A stretch of DNA of 33,088 bases from Candidatus Falkowbacteria bacterium. GTDB lineage: Bacteria; Patescibacteriota; Patescibacteriia; Patescibacteriales; UBA12465. This document shows, piece by piece, positions 1-7,596 of this stretch. Every line of letters begins with the position of its first letter. The stretch's first letter is position 1. The stretch is from NCBI GenBank assembly GCA_903839955.1, contig CAIMEI010000053.1, positions 1 through 33,088 of the forward strand, in the 5' to 3' direction. The translations under genes were made by a program, and so were the position numbers. The notes under the pieces are model-generated. The model ran no database searches. It was not told the DNA's origin and worked only from the letters and a program-made list of their open reading frames with translations.

Positions 1-265
1 AATTTTTAGCCAAGCTGTCCGCTCTGCTATCTGCCTCATTCCAACGGTTATTGGTCCACTGACAATCGTTTTTCCAGTAGTTGACGCTTCTTTTCAAAGA
101 GTCGACGTACAAACTATCGTTTTTGGACATTACTCCTCTTTGTTCATGCTTCCCAATCAAATGGGGAAACTTTCCAAAGAGGAACCAGGACCCAATAAAG
201 GTCAAGATTATCAATAAGATTGCTGCTAGAACGTTTCTGATTTTTTTCCCTGTACTTGTTGCCAT
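1..265 (-). CDS. hypothetical membrane-anchored protein, N-terminal part only (runs off left edge)
   Basis: Minus-strand frame is open from ATG 265-263 to position 1. Own translation: MATSTGKKIRNVLAAILLIILTFIGSWFLFGKFPHLIGKHEQRGVMSKNDSLYVDSLKRSVNYWKNDCQWTNNRWNEADSRADSLAKN... It has one N-terminal hydrophobic helix and starts 6 nt after the stop of the upstream gene. An in-frame alternative ATG lies at 130-128, preceded by AAGAGGAG. It is absent from the ORF track because it has no stop in the window. Confidence 0.5.
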   Translation of the reverse strand, partial: MATSTGKKIRNVLAAILLIILTFIGSWFLFGKFPHLIGKHEQRGVMSKNDSLYVDSLKRSVNYWKNDCQWTNNRWNEADSRADSLAKN

Positions 266-271
266 TTTGTT

Positions 272-1249
272 TTAGACTTTAAGGTTAAAAATTTCTTGAT
301 TAAAGCCTAAACGATTTTCCGTTGGCAACAAAGATGGTGAAGGTCTAGAAACTTCCGACAATTTGAAGTCGAATGTTTCCTTGTCCCAGATGAGAAAGAT
401 GATCGGCACCAGATTTATTTTGAACTTCAACATAAATCTTGGAGTGCTAAGAAATTGCATCTCCGGCGTAATTTCCAAAATGTTTTGTTGGAAGTAAGGA
501 AGTTTAAAAAAACTAATCCCTGCTCCAACGGTGAAGAATTTGGCATTGTCGCTCAAATTCACGACTTGCGGATGTTCCATCCCGAAGCCGACCGCTAAAT
601 CAACGTTCATTAACCAGTCATCATTGCTGGAAATAAAGAAGTTTGCCATCGTTTCGGTGAAGGTGGCTTTAAAAACCTGATTGTTCCAGGTCAGGGAGTC
701 CCCGATTGAGGTTATTCTGTCGCTGTAATAAAGGTTTTTGTAGCTGGACAAGGGCTGGCGATAATCTACCGCCAACATGTGTCTGCTAAACCAAGTCGCC
801 ATCGGATCAAAAATTCCGATCTTTAGAGAGAAGTTCAAGTTGGCATCGCGTTGCCAACCGTCATAGGCTTTGGCTAATTCTTTCGTTCTAGTGGTTGCTT
901 GCCCGAAACCCAAGCGGGTTTTTAGGAACCAACCGCCATCATCTTCGCCGGCGCCAAATTTTGTATTAAAAGAAATACCGGTGTGCCAAGCAACAGAACG
1001 GCTTGTCCAAGACTGGTCTTCATTCTTCGAATACAATTCGTTCGTTTCCCCGTAAACTCCGAGAAAACTAGAACCGCCATTAATTCTCAACGGACAAACG
1101 TCCAAGGAGAAGGTGCGGAAATTGAATTCATTGCCCATGCCGATATTAGAAATGCCATTATCAATAGTGGCATCTAATTTTTGAGCATGCAGTGCTGTTA
1201 TGCTAATCATCCCGAAAAGCATAACTAAAAAAACTAAGGTTTTTTTCAT
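272..1249 (-). CDS. secreted beta-strand-rich protein (porin/beta-barrel-like pattern), function unknown
   Basis: 325-aa ORF. N-terminal signal peptide MKKTLVFLVMLFGMISITALHAQ. Many segments of about 10 aa have alternating hydrophobic/aromatic residues (AWHTGISFNTKFG, GWFLKTRLGFGQ, NLNFSLKIGIF, LMNVDLAVGFGM, FFTVGAGISFFKL). No family recognised. Confidence 0.7.
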   Translation of the reverse strand: MKKTLVFLVMLFGMISITALHAQKLDATIDNGISNIGMGNEFNFRTFSLDVCPLRINGGSSFLGVYGETNELYSKNEDQSWTSRSVAWHTGISFNTKFGAGEDDGGWFLKTRLGFGQATTRTKELAKAYDGWQRDANLNFSLKIGIFDPMATWFSRHMLAVDYRQPLSSYKNLYYSDRITSIGDSLTWNNQVFKATFTETMANFFISSNDDWLMNVDLAVGFGMEHPQVVNLSDNAKFFTVGAGISFFKLPYFQQNILEITPEMQFLSTPRFMLKFKINLVPIIFLIWDKETFDFKLSEVSRPSPSLLPTENRLGFNQEIFNLKV

Positions 1250-1314
1250 CGTTTCTGCTATTTATTATTGTTAACGTTCATTTTAATTATGGAAACTACT
1301 ACTTTTCGTTCCCT

Positions 1315-1340
1315 CGCCAACGCTATTTAAAGCGCTGGCG
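1315..1340 (-). terminator. GC-rich hairpin between two minus-strand genes (possible terminator or processing site, no clean U-run)
   Basis: CGCCAACGCT (1315-1324) and AGCGCTGGCG (1331-1340) form a 10-bp stem with 1 mismatch and a 6-nt loop, 14 nt downstream of the stop of the Wzz-like gene. Confidence 0.3.
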
Positions 1341-1353
1341 GCGGAATAAAAAT

Positions 1354-2202
1354 TTATTCGCGCGGCAAGATGTTGGCCATGCTGCCTTTCAACTCGGAGG
1401 CCTCTTGCTCGGTTAATTGTTCATTATCCAACCAGTTGCCGGCCAGAAATTCTGGGTCGGACGCCAATTTTTCATAGCGCACCGGCACCTTTTCATCTCT
1501 GCTTCCGTGGCTGCGCACGGCAATGTTCTGGTTCTTGGCCGCTTTTGTTTTACGGCGGCGCGCTTTCGGCCGGCCGAAAAGATAAAAGTTATGCTTCTCT
1601 TCCGGTAGGAAATAAATATAGAGCAAACCAAAAGCTAAACCAAATAAGACAGAGAGCAGAAAATTAATCAGCGGGTTCGGATCGGTCGGGTAGGAAGAAA
1701 CCAGCGGCTGGTCTAATAAGCTGACCTTCACGGTGCTGCCCATGCCTTGATAATTAAAGTTCTTGTTGATCAAGACGTCGTTAACCGCCAAAGCAATCTG
1801 CTTGGCTTGGTAAGGATCCGGATGATAAATAGTTAATTCAATGATGCCCGTATCGCTCAAGCTCTTGGCCTTCACCGTCTTGGCCCAGATCTTCTGTTTC
1901 TGAACAGCATTGTCGGTGAAGTAAGATTTATCAATATTATACTGCGAATTCATGGTCAGATCGTAAAAAGAACTGGAGTCAATGACCTGGGAGAACAAAT
2001 CGCCCAAATATTGGTTGGACTTGGAAACGGTATAGGGGTCCACTTCGCTGGTATTCTGAATAACCAGCAATTTGGAGGTAGTGCTATATTTCAAGGGCTG
2101 GGCAAAGGTAAAAATCAGGCCCAGGGCAATAAAAACGAAAATCCAAGACCACAGGGTCTGGCTCTTTTTTCGCGAAAGTTTGAGAAAATCCTTTAATTCC
2201 AT
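1354..2202 (-). CDS. Wzz-like polysaccharide chain-length determinant family protein
   Basis: 282 aa. The N-terminus (MELKDFLKLSRKKSQTLWSWIFVFIALGLIFTFAQPLKYSTTSKLLVIQN) matches the Wzz N-terminal TM plus periplasmic pattern. A second TM lies near the C-terminus (LINFLLSVLFGLAFGLLYIYFL), followed by a basic cytoplasmic tail. Confidence 0.75.
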   Translation of the reverse strand: MELKDFLKLSRKKSQTLWSWIFVFIALGLIFTFAQPLKYSTTSKLLVIQNTSEVDPYTVSKSNQYLGDLFSQVIDSSSFYDLTMNSQYNIDKSYFTDNAVQKQKIWAKTVKAKSLSDTGIIELTIYHPDPYQAKQIALAVNDVLINKNFNYQGMGSTVKVSLLDQPLVSSYPTDPNPLINFLLSVLFGLAFGLLYIYFLPEEKHNFYLFGRPKARRRKTKAAKNQNIAVRSHGSRDEKVPVRYEKLASDPEFLAGNWLDNEQLTEQEASELKGSMANILPRE

Positions 2203-2248
2203 AGTAAAATTTAGGTTTATATATATGATACTACTAATCTAACTCTCT

Positions 2249-2277
2249 ATTATAGTATATAACTTTTTATTTGTCAA
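2249..2277 (-). promoter_or_regulatory. sigma70-type promoter for the Wzz-like gene
   Basis: On the minus strand: TTGACA (2277-2272), a 17-nt spacer, TATAAT (2254-2249). It lies about 45 nt upstream of the ATG at 2202. Confidence 0.6.
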
Positions 2278-2372
2278 GTCCGTATAGCGGCCTGCGGCCA
2301 CACGGACCAAGGCCTTTGTCCGTAAAATAAGCAACCGAAGGAGCGTGTCGGGCGCAGTACGGCTATACACTC

Positions 2373-2401
2373 TTGACAAAAAAAGATAAACAATGTATAA
2401 T
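2373..2401 (+). promoter_or_regulatory. sigma70-type promoter (extended -10) for the 2450 gene
   Basis: TTGACA (2373-2378), a 17-nt spacer ending in TG, TATAAT (2396-2401). The ATG is at 2450. Confidence 0.65.
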
Positions 2402-2449
2402 AGTAAGGTAAAAAAATAATCAAGCCGAAACTAATAATTAAGATAAAAT

Positions 2450-3757
2450 ATGAAAAAAATTATTTCCCTGACTATTCTGGCCGCCGTCGTGCTTTTTGCC
2501 GCCGTGCCTGCTGGTCAAACTAAAAACAAATCTTATTATTCTGGCGACGCCCTTAACTATAATGGCCAGCTAGTAATCGCCTCCGCGAATACCGGCAATT
2601 TGGAAATTTTCAAATTGAACGGCAATAGTTTGGATCGCGTTATTAGCGTCCGCCCGCTCAATGCCCGCTTCAACCGCTATGATAGCTACTACCAAACCAA
2701 GCTCTCCGAAGAGAATGGCCATTTGTATGCTTACGCGATCACCGACTTCAAGGTTGATAAGTACGACATCAGCGCGCTGAGTGCTAACCCGGCTTTGGTT
2801 AATACTATTTCCAATACCTATTGGGAGTGGTATGGCGATATGGACCAGGTCGGCGACCATTTCTTAACTATTGGCAGCCAGGGCGTTAAGCTCTTAAATA
2901 GCGACATGCAGGTTGTGGATAGCTATAACTTAAAAGATGCTGACCAATACAATATCCGCGTCAGCGAAGATGGCCGTTACCTATTAGACATTCAAAATAA
3001 CGCCGTCCAGGTTTTTGACCGCCAAACTCGCAGTATCGTCAGCACCATTTCCTTAAACTACAATAAGGCTTCTGACAATCGCCGCGCCGCCATGGATGCC
3101 AGCGGTAATATCTTTGTCACCGACGACTTCTATACCAAAGAGTTTTCTCTCGACGGCACCTTGAAGGCCAGCTTCCGCCACTTGGATCAGCCGGGCTACG
3201 ATACCGTTCTGACCGATAACAGCGTTTATTTTTCCAACGGCGTCGGCGTCGTTAAATTATCTCAAGATAGCTTGAAACTGCAGAAATATCGCTACACCGG
3301 CGTCTACGGCGGCAACGGCTGGGCCATGGGCCTAAAAGCTGTTCCGACCGACAATGGCGATCGCGTCGTGGTCTTTAACGGTTCCGGCATCTTGGTCTTG
3401 AATCAGAATTTACAGAAGACTGCCTTCTTCGCCAGCGATATCGCGGCCGACGAAATCTCCGCCACTCCGACTGAAAATCTCTGGCTAAAAACGGACACTA
3501 ATAGCGCTCAGCCGGGTGTTAACCTGAAGTTAAGCGGTGGCGGCTTCGCTCCGAACGAACTGGTCAATATTTATTTTGACGGCCAAAGCAATCAGAATGC
3601 CCAAGCCGACAACCAGGGCCAATTCAGTGCCAACTTAATTGTGCCAGTCATCACCATGGCTTCCACCACTCCGAGCAAGGCCGTGGACATCAAAGCCGTG
3701 GGGGCAACCTCCGGTCTCCACTACAGCACCAGCTTCACCGTCAGCAACATCCATTAA
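2450..3757 (+). CDS. secreted protein, beta-propeller-like repeats with a C-terminal Ig-like segment; function unknown
   Basis: 435 aa. Signal peptide MKKIISLTILAAVVLFAAVPAGQ. Repeated motifs of the type 'DG.Y/L..D..N..V.VFD' and 'DASGNIFVTDDF' resemble NHL/YncE-type blades. Family not identified. Confidence 0.7.
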   Translation: MKKIISLTILAAVVLFAAVPAGQTKNKSYYSGDALNYNGQLVIASANTGNLEIFKLNGNSLDRVISVRPLNARFNRYDSYYQTKLSEENGHLYAYAITDFKVDKYDISALSANPALVNTISNTYWEWYGDMDQVGDHFLTIGSQGVKLLNSDMQVVDSYNLKDADQYNIRVSEDGRYLLDIQNNAVQVFDRQTRSIVSTISLNYNKASDNRRAAMDASGNIFVTDDFYTKEFSLDGTLKASFRHLDQPGYDTVLTDNSVYFSNGVGVVKLSQDSLKLQKYRYTGVYGGNGWAMGLKAVPTDNGDRVVVFNGSGILVLNQNLQKTAFFASDIAADEISATPTENLWLKTDTNSAQPGVNLKLSGGGFAPNELVNIYFDGQSNQNAQADNQGQFSANLIVPVITMASTTPSKAVDIKAVGATSGLHYSTSFTVSNIH

Positions 3758-3767
3758 TCTAGAATAG

Positions 3768-3798
3768 AAAAACACCTCGGTTTTACCGGGGTGTTTTT
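3768..3798. terminator. bidirectional intrinsic terminator between convergent genes
   Basis: AAAAACACCTCGG, loop TTTTA, CCGGGGTGTTTTT, giving a stem with 1 mismatch. An A-run lies on one side and a T-run on the other. The stop codon of the GT4 gene (3783-3785) sits in the loop. Confidence 0.6.
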
Positions 3799-5006
3799 TT
3801 GTTGAGTACTTGCTGATAAATATTCAAAAGATCTTGCCGGTGTCTTTCAAGGGATAAATGCTGGACGCTTTGCTTGGCCAAGGCGGCAATGTCGGCTGGC
3901 AAACTAGCGAGCAAATTAATCTTCTGCGCCAAATCGCTAGCGGTTCCGGCTTCAAACAAGAAGCCGTTTTCACCGTCGCGAATTATTTCCGGCAGACCGC
4001 CAATTCGAGCTGCCACGACTGGAGTTCCGGCGCTTAAGGCCTCGAGAATGGAGAAAGGCATATTCTCCGGCCAACGGGAAGGAACAATCACGGCCTGCGC
4101 TTGAGCAACTAGCGTTTGCAATTCGGCGCCCGACTTGAAACCCAAGAATTCCACGCGGCCGGCGATTTTTGCCTTCTTGGCCATCTTCTGCAAGCTTTCT
4201 TCCTCCAAGCCGATGCCGGCGATTTTCAAATGATGATTAGGTAAATCCTCCAAAGCCTTCAAAATCAAATCCACGCCTTTCTCTTGGCCCAAGCGGCCAA
4301 AATACAGCAAGTAGCCGCTTTTGGCGGCTATTTCCACGCCCGGTTGATTAGCAAAATTTGGCAAGACGGTGATTTTTTCGGCCGGCCAGGCGAAACGCAC
4401 GGCCTCTTTCTTGGCAAATTCGCTAGGCGAAATAAATAGGTCGACGCCGTGTTCATAAAATTTGCACAAGCGATGGTGTGTCCACATTTCCACACTCGCC
4501 ACCAGGCTGCGGAAAAAAGAATCGTCCAAACAGCGATATTGCAGGCAATGGTGATAATGGCCGTCGTGGCAGCGCTCACAGACTCGACCTTGCGTGTAGA
4601 GCTTGTAGTTCGGGCAAAAAAGCTTGTAGTCGTGCAGGTGCATGACCACCGGAATGCCTCGTTTTTTGGCGGGCGCCAGGATGGAGGGCGAAATCTGATG
4701 ATAAATGTTGTGCAGGTGAATGATGTCCGGCTGAAAATCTTTCAGCAGACGGGCAAATTTGCGGCGCGCCTCCAAGCTGTAAATGATGCGGCCCGGAGTG
4801 CGGATTAAATCAAAGAGATTGTTGCGGCGGAAATCGAGATTAGAAACAAAATATTTTTCCCAAGGCGAAGGCCGATTGTTTGGATGGCGCATGGAAAAAA
4901 TCGCCACCTCGTGGCCGGCCGCCGCCAGAGCCGCGGAAATATCCAAAAAATACTTTTCCGCCCCGCCCCGCTGGTAATTAAATTTGTTGACCTGAAGAAT
5001 TTTCAT
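3783..5006 (-). CDS. glycosyltransferase family 4 (GT-B fold)
   Basis: 407 aa. The C-terminal half has the typical GT4 pattern (GRLGQEKGVDLILKAL ... VPSRWPENMPFSILEALSAGTPVVAARIGGLPEIIRDGENGFLF, E-x7-E). The N-terminus MKILQVNKFNYQRGGAEKY is typical of this family. Confidence 0.9.
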   Translation of the reverse strand: MKILQVNKFNYQRGGAEKYFLDISAALAAAGHEVAIFSMRHPNNRPSPWEKYFVSNLDFRRNNLFDLIRTPGRIIYSLEARRKFARLLKDFQPDIIHLHNIYHQISPSILAPAKKRGIPVVMHLHDYKLFCPNYKLYTQGRVCERCHDGHYHHCLQYRCLDDSFFRSLVASVEMWTHHRLCKFYEHGVDLFISPSEFAKKEAVRFAWPAEKITVLPNFANQPGVEIAAKSGYLLYFGRLGQEKGVDLILKALEDLPNHHLKIAGIGLEEESLQKMAKKAKIAGRVEFLGFKSGAELQTLVAQAQAVIVPSRWPENMPFSILEALSAGTPVVAARIGGLPEIIRDGENGFLFEAGTASDLAQKINLLASLPADIAALAKQSVQHLSLERHRQDLLNIYQQVLNKKTPR

Positions 5007-5025
5007 AAAACAAAAAACTAAAACT

Positions 5026-5055
5026 TTGACTTTTACCCCAAAAACAGGCTAATAT
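5026..5055 (+). promoter_or_regulatory. candidate sigma70-type promoter for the O-antigen-ligase-family gene
   Basis: TTGACT (5026-5031), an 18-nt spacer, TAATAT (5050-5055). The ATG is at 5078. Confidence 0.45.
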
Positions 5056-5077
5056 TATTATATCATATTCCTAAATT

Positions 5078-6418
5078 ATGAGAAAACTAAACTTGAGGAT
5101 TAGACATGAATGGAGCTTGGTGCTCGCCCTTTTGGCGGTGCCTTTGATTATTGCCATGCAGCTGCCGATTCTCCTGACTCTGGCCGGTCTGGGCTTCGCT
5201 ACTATCTTTTTTATCGGCGTTAACTGGCCGAAAGCGGGCTTGCTACTGTTTATTTTTCTGCGCCCCACCTTTGATTTTCTCTACCAATACCGTCTCACCA
5301 CTTCTTCATCTTTTAACTTCACTTCCCTTTACGCCCTCTTAACCATCGCCTTCTGCCTGCTAATCATTTGGGAAAACCGCCAGCGCCTGCCAAAAATCAA
5401 AAGCTGGTGGGCCTGGATGATTATGCTGCTTATCGGCGCGGCCTCTCTTTACTATACTATCAGCCTCAGTCTGACAATTGACGAATTTTTCCGGCTAACG
5501 AGCATTGTCCTGTTATTTACTAGCGCCTACCTGCTTTTTGCTGATACCAAAGGGCTCACCAATTTAATCCGCACCATTATTTTTTCCAGCGTTATCCCAG
5601 CCGCTATTGCCTTCTGGCAACTAGCCAACGACACCGGCATGATGGACGCCGGCCAAAACCGGGTTTTCGGCACCTTCGCCCACCCGAACATGCTCGCCTA
5701 TTTTCTGGTTCTGCCAATCACCCTGGCGACTTTCGCTGCCCTCAATCTGGGCAAAAATCGCGTCGAAAGCTACGGCTACGCCATTTCTTCGGCCGTTCTG
5801 GTGGTCGTTTTGGCTTTCACCTACACGCGCGGCGCCTATGTCGCCCTGGCAATTATGCTTCTCATTATCGGTCTCGTGCGCTTTCGTGCTTTCTTGCTCG
5901 TCGCCGCCGCTTTCGGTCTGATTATTTATTTGGCTCTGCCGCAAATTAACGCCCGCGTGAATAGCTTGCTTGCTTTTGATCCCTATGGCTCAATGGGCTG
6001 GCGGGTCAGTTTGTGGACGGACGGCTTTTCCTATTTCCAGCAAAAGCCCCTGCTCGGCAACGGTCTGGGCACCGGCCCGATGGTTATCGCCGACAACCGC
6101 GATTTCTCCCTCGGCGCGACTGAACCGCATAATGACTACCTGCGCATCGGCCTAGAGAATGGCGTGGTCGGCGTGGTCGCTTATTTGGGAATTATCTTCA
6201 CGGCTCTTTTGGACCTTTATTACGGCTTCAAAAATCAGAAGAAACCGCGTCTCAAAATGCTCACTCTCTTTGCCATTGCCTGTTTTATTTCCCTGGCAAT
6301 CATGAGCTTCGGCGACAATATTTTGAGCGACACTGCCCTCCAGTGGCCGCTCTGGGCGCTCCTTGGTTCAATTATCGCCAATAATTTCCAGGCCAAAAAG
6401 GATCTAGAACTAATTTAA
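5078..6418 (+). CDS. O-antigen ligase / Wzy_C family polytopic membrane protein
   Basis: 446 aa with about 10-12 hydrophobic segments. Characteristic Wzy_C stretch: HPNMLAYFLVL ... AFTYTRGAYVALAIMLLII ... GNGLGTG ... EPHNDYLRIGLENGVVG. Confidence 0.85.
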   Translation: MRKLNLRIRHEWSLVLALLAVPLIIAMQLPILLTLAGLGFATIFFIGVNWPKAGLLLFIFLRPTFDFLYQYRLTTSSSFNFTSLYALLTIAFCLLIIWENRQRLPKIKSWWAWMIMLLIGAASLYYTISLSLTIDEFFRLTSIVLLFTSAYLLFADTKGLTNLIRTIIFSSVIPAAIAFWQLANDTGMMDAGQNRVFGTFAHPNMLAYFLVLPITLATFAALNLGKNRVESYGYAISSAVLVVVLAFTYTRGAYVALAIMLLIIGLVRFRAFLLVAAAFGLIIYLALPQINARVNSLLAFDPYGSMGWRVSLWTDGFSYFQQKPLLGNGLGTGPMVIADNRDFSLGATEPHNDYLRIGLENGVVGVVAYLGIIFTALLDLYYGFKNQKKPRLKMLTLFAIACFISLAIMSFGDNILSDTALQWPLWALLGSIIANNFQAKKDLELI

Positions 6419-6436
6419 TATTTTTTGCACCAATAT

Positions 6437-6476
6437 AAAAAAGCTACCGAAATAAAACCGGTAGCTTTTGTTTTTT
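6437..6476. terminator. bidirectional intrinsic terminator between convergent genes
   Basis: AGCTACCG (6442-6449) pairs perfectly with CGGTAGCT (6459-6466) around a 9-nt loop. It is flanked by AAAAA upstream and TTTTGTTTTTT downstream. Confidence 0.65.
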
Positions 6477-6491
6477 ATGAGTTGTTGTCGT

Positions 6492-7442
6492 TTAACCGCG
6501 GCGCGAAAAGATGACACCGAGATTAAATAATGATGAATCTAGCGGTCTAGAATCCAGTTGAATTTCTCCGTCATTATTAAAAGACAGATAGACATTCTTT
6601 CCTTCGAAATCCAGAGCATTTGTTCTGAAACCTTGGCCGTAGGGCAAAGGATCAGGATTACGATAATAATAAATTAGCAGGTCGTAGAAAGCTTCCACTG
6701 GGCTACGACGAAATAGCTGGTTGAATTTCAGATGGAATAATTCCTCGTCCGAGGAACTATTCATTAGGGACTGAAAGCAATCGCCTATAGCACTGCCGTA
6801 TTCATCTGAGCACTTAAGGCCCTGAAAAACTTTACTCACAGCGTAGTCATACAAACAATCCGTCTCCACCGAATAACCTCTATTCCTCGATCCTTCAATA
6901 AACTCTTTCCCGCACAAAGCCCAACCGAAAGTTGACGCATCTTCCAGATAAAATTTTTCCTTTTTAAAACTAGTCCTTTCCAACATAACTCTAAGCAAAT
7001 CAAAGCCATGAGTTTTAAACCGTTTGATAATCCTATCAATACTCAAAATCTGGCCATCTTCGTCTTTATCAAAGCGAAAAATCAAGTATTGCCCCAACTC
7101 CTTGGCGCGTTTCAATTCTTCGCGATCAAAAGGAATTAGCGGAAAACCATCAAGGCCGCCGCTAATGCCATCGCCAAAAATAATTTTTTTGACCTCTCTG
7201 GGGCCGAAAACATTTTCTTCGCCCAAAATAACTTGCGCGGCAATGATTTGCTCCAGCAAGGAATAATCCGTCCAAGGCCTTTCTCTTGCCGACTCCTCGG
7301 TGGTGTGGATTTCATTAGCTTCGCTAATTTCTGTTGGTGCCGGCTTTCTGTTAATTCTTTTTAGGGTTCCTGGGGATATTTTAATAGCCACCAGGCTAAT
7401 CACTATGGCCAGAATAGAGATGATAATTGCTGTTGCTCCCAT
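6492..7442 (-). CDS. hypothetical protein with N-terminal membrane anchor
   Basis: 316 aa. N-terminal TM MGATAIIISILAIVISLVAIKI. No motif recognised in the rest. It has its own promoter and terminator. Confidence 0.65.
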   Translation of the reverse strand: MGATAIIISILAIVISLVAIKISPGTLKRINRKPAPTEISEANEIHTTEESARERPWTDYSLLEQIIAAQVILGEENVFGPREVKKIIFGDGISGGLDGFPLIPFDREELKRAKELGQYLIFRFDKDEDGQILSIDRIIKRFKTHGFDLLRVMLERTSFKKEKFYLEDASTFGWALCGKEFIEGSRNRGYSVETDCLYDYAVSKVFQGLKCSDEYGSAIGDCFQSLMNSSSDEELFHLKFNQLFRRSPVEAFYDLLIYYYRNPDPLPYGQGFRTNALDFEGKNVYLSFNNDGEIQLDSRPLDSSLFNLGVIFSRRG

Positions 7443-7486
7443 TTTTTTATTTTTTTGTTGTTAATGAATCAATTAATAATAGAAAA

Positions 7487-7515
7487 ACTTTATTCTTTTT
7501 GTCTTTTTTTGTCAA
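7487..7515 (-). promoter_or_regulatory. candidate sigma70-type promoter for the 6492-7442 gene
   Basis: Minus strand: TTGACA (7515-7510), a 17-nt spacer, TAAAGT (7492-7487). Confidence 0.5.
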
Positions 7516-7544
7516 GGGGCTGATTTATTTTTACCTAATAATAC

Positions 7545-7572
7545 AAAAAATCCCGATTTTTTCGAGATTTTT
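7545..7572 (-). terminator. intrinsic terminator after the DUF4012 gene
   Basis: AATCCCGA (7549-7556) pairs with TCGAGATT (7562-7569): 8 bp, 1 mismatch, 5-nt loop. The A-run at 7545-7550 reads as a U-run on the minus-strand transcript. Confidence 0.5.
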
Positions 7573-7596
7573 GTTGAGCGCTTATTTGTTGAAAAT

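Noticed and set aside
128-139. Strong SD-like AAGAGGAG plus ATG (130-128) as the true start of the left-edge gene
   Set aside because: Not fully rejected; it is kept as an alternative. Other genes in the window lack SD sequences. The longer frame from ATG 265 adds a plausible TM anchor and removes a 140-nt gap, so I list the longer version.
81-275. 64-aa plus-strand ORF at the left edge
   Set aside because: It lies antisense to a longer minus-strand frame that stays open to the window edge and that begins right after the upstream gene's stop. No promoter or terminator supports the plus-strand ORF.
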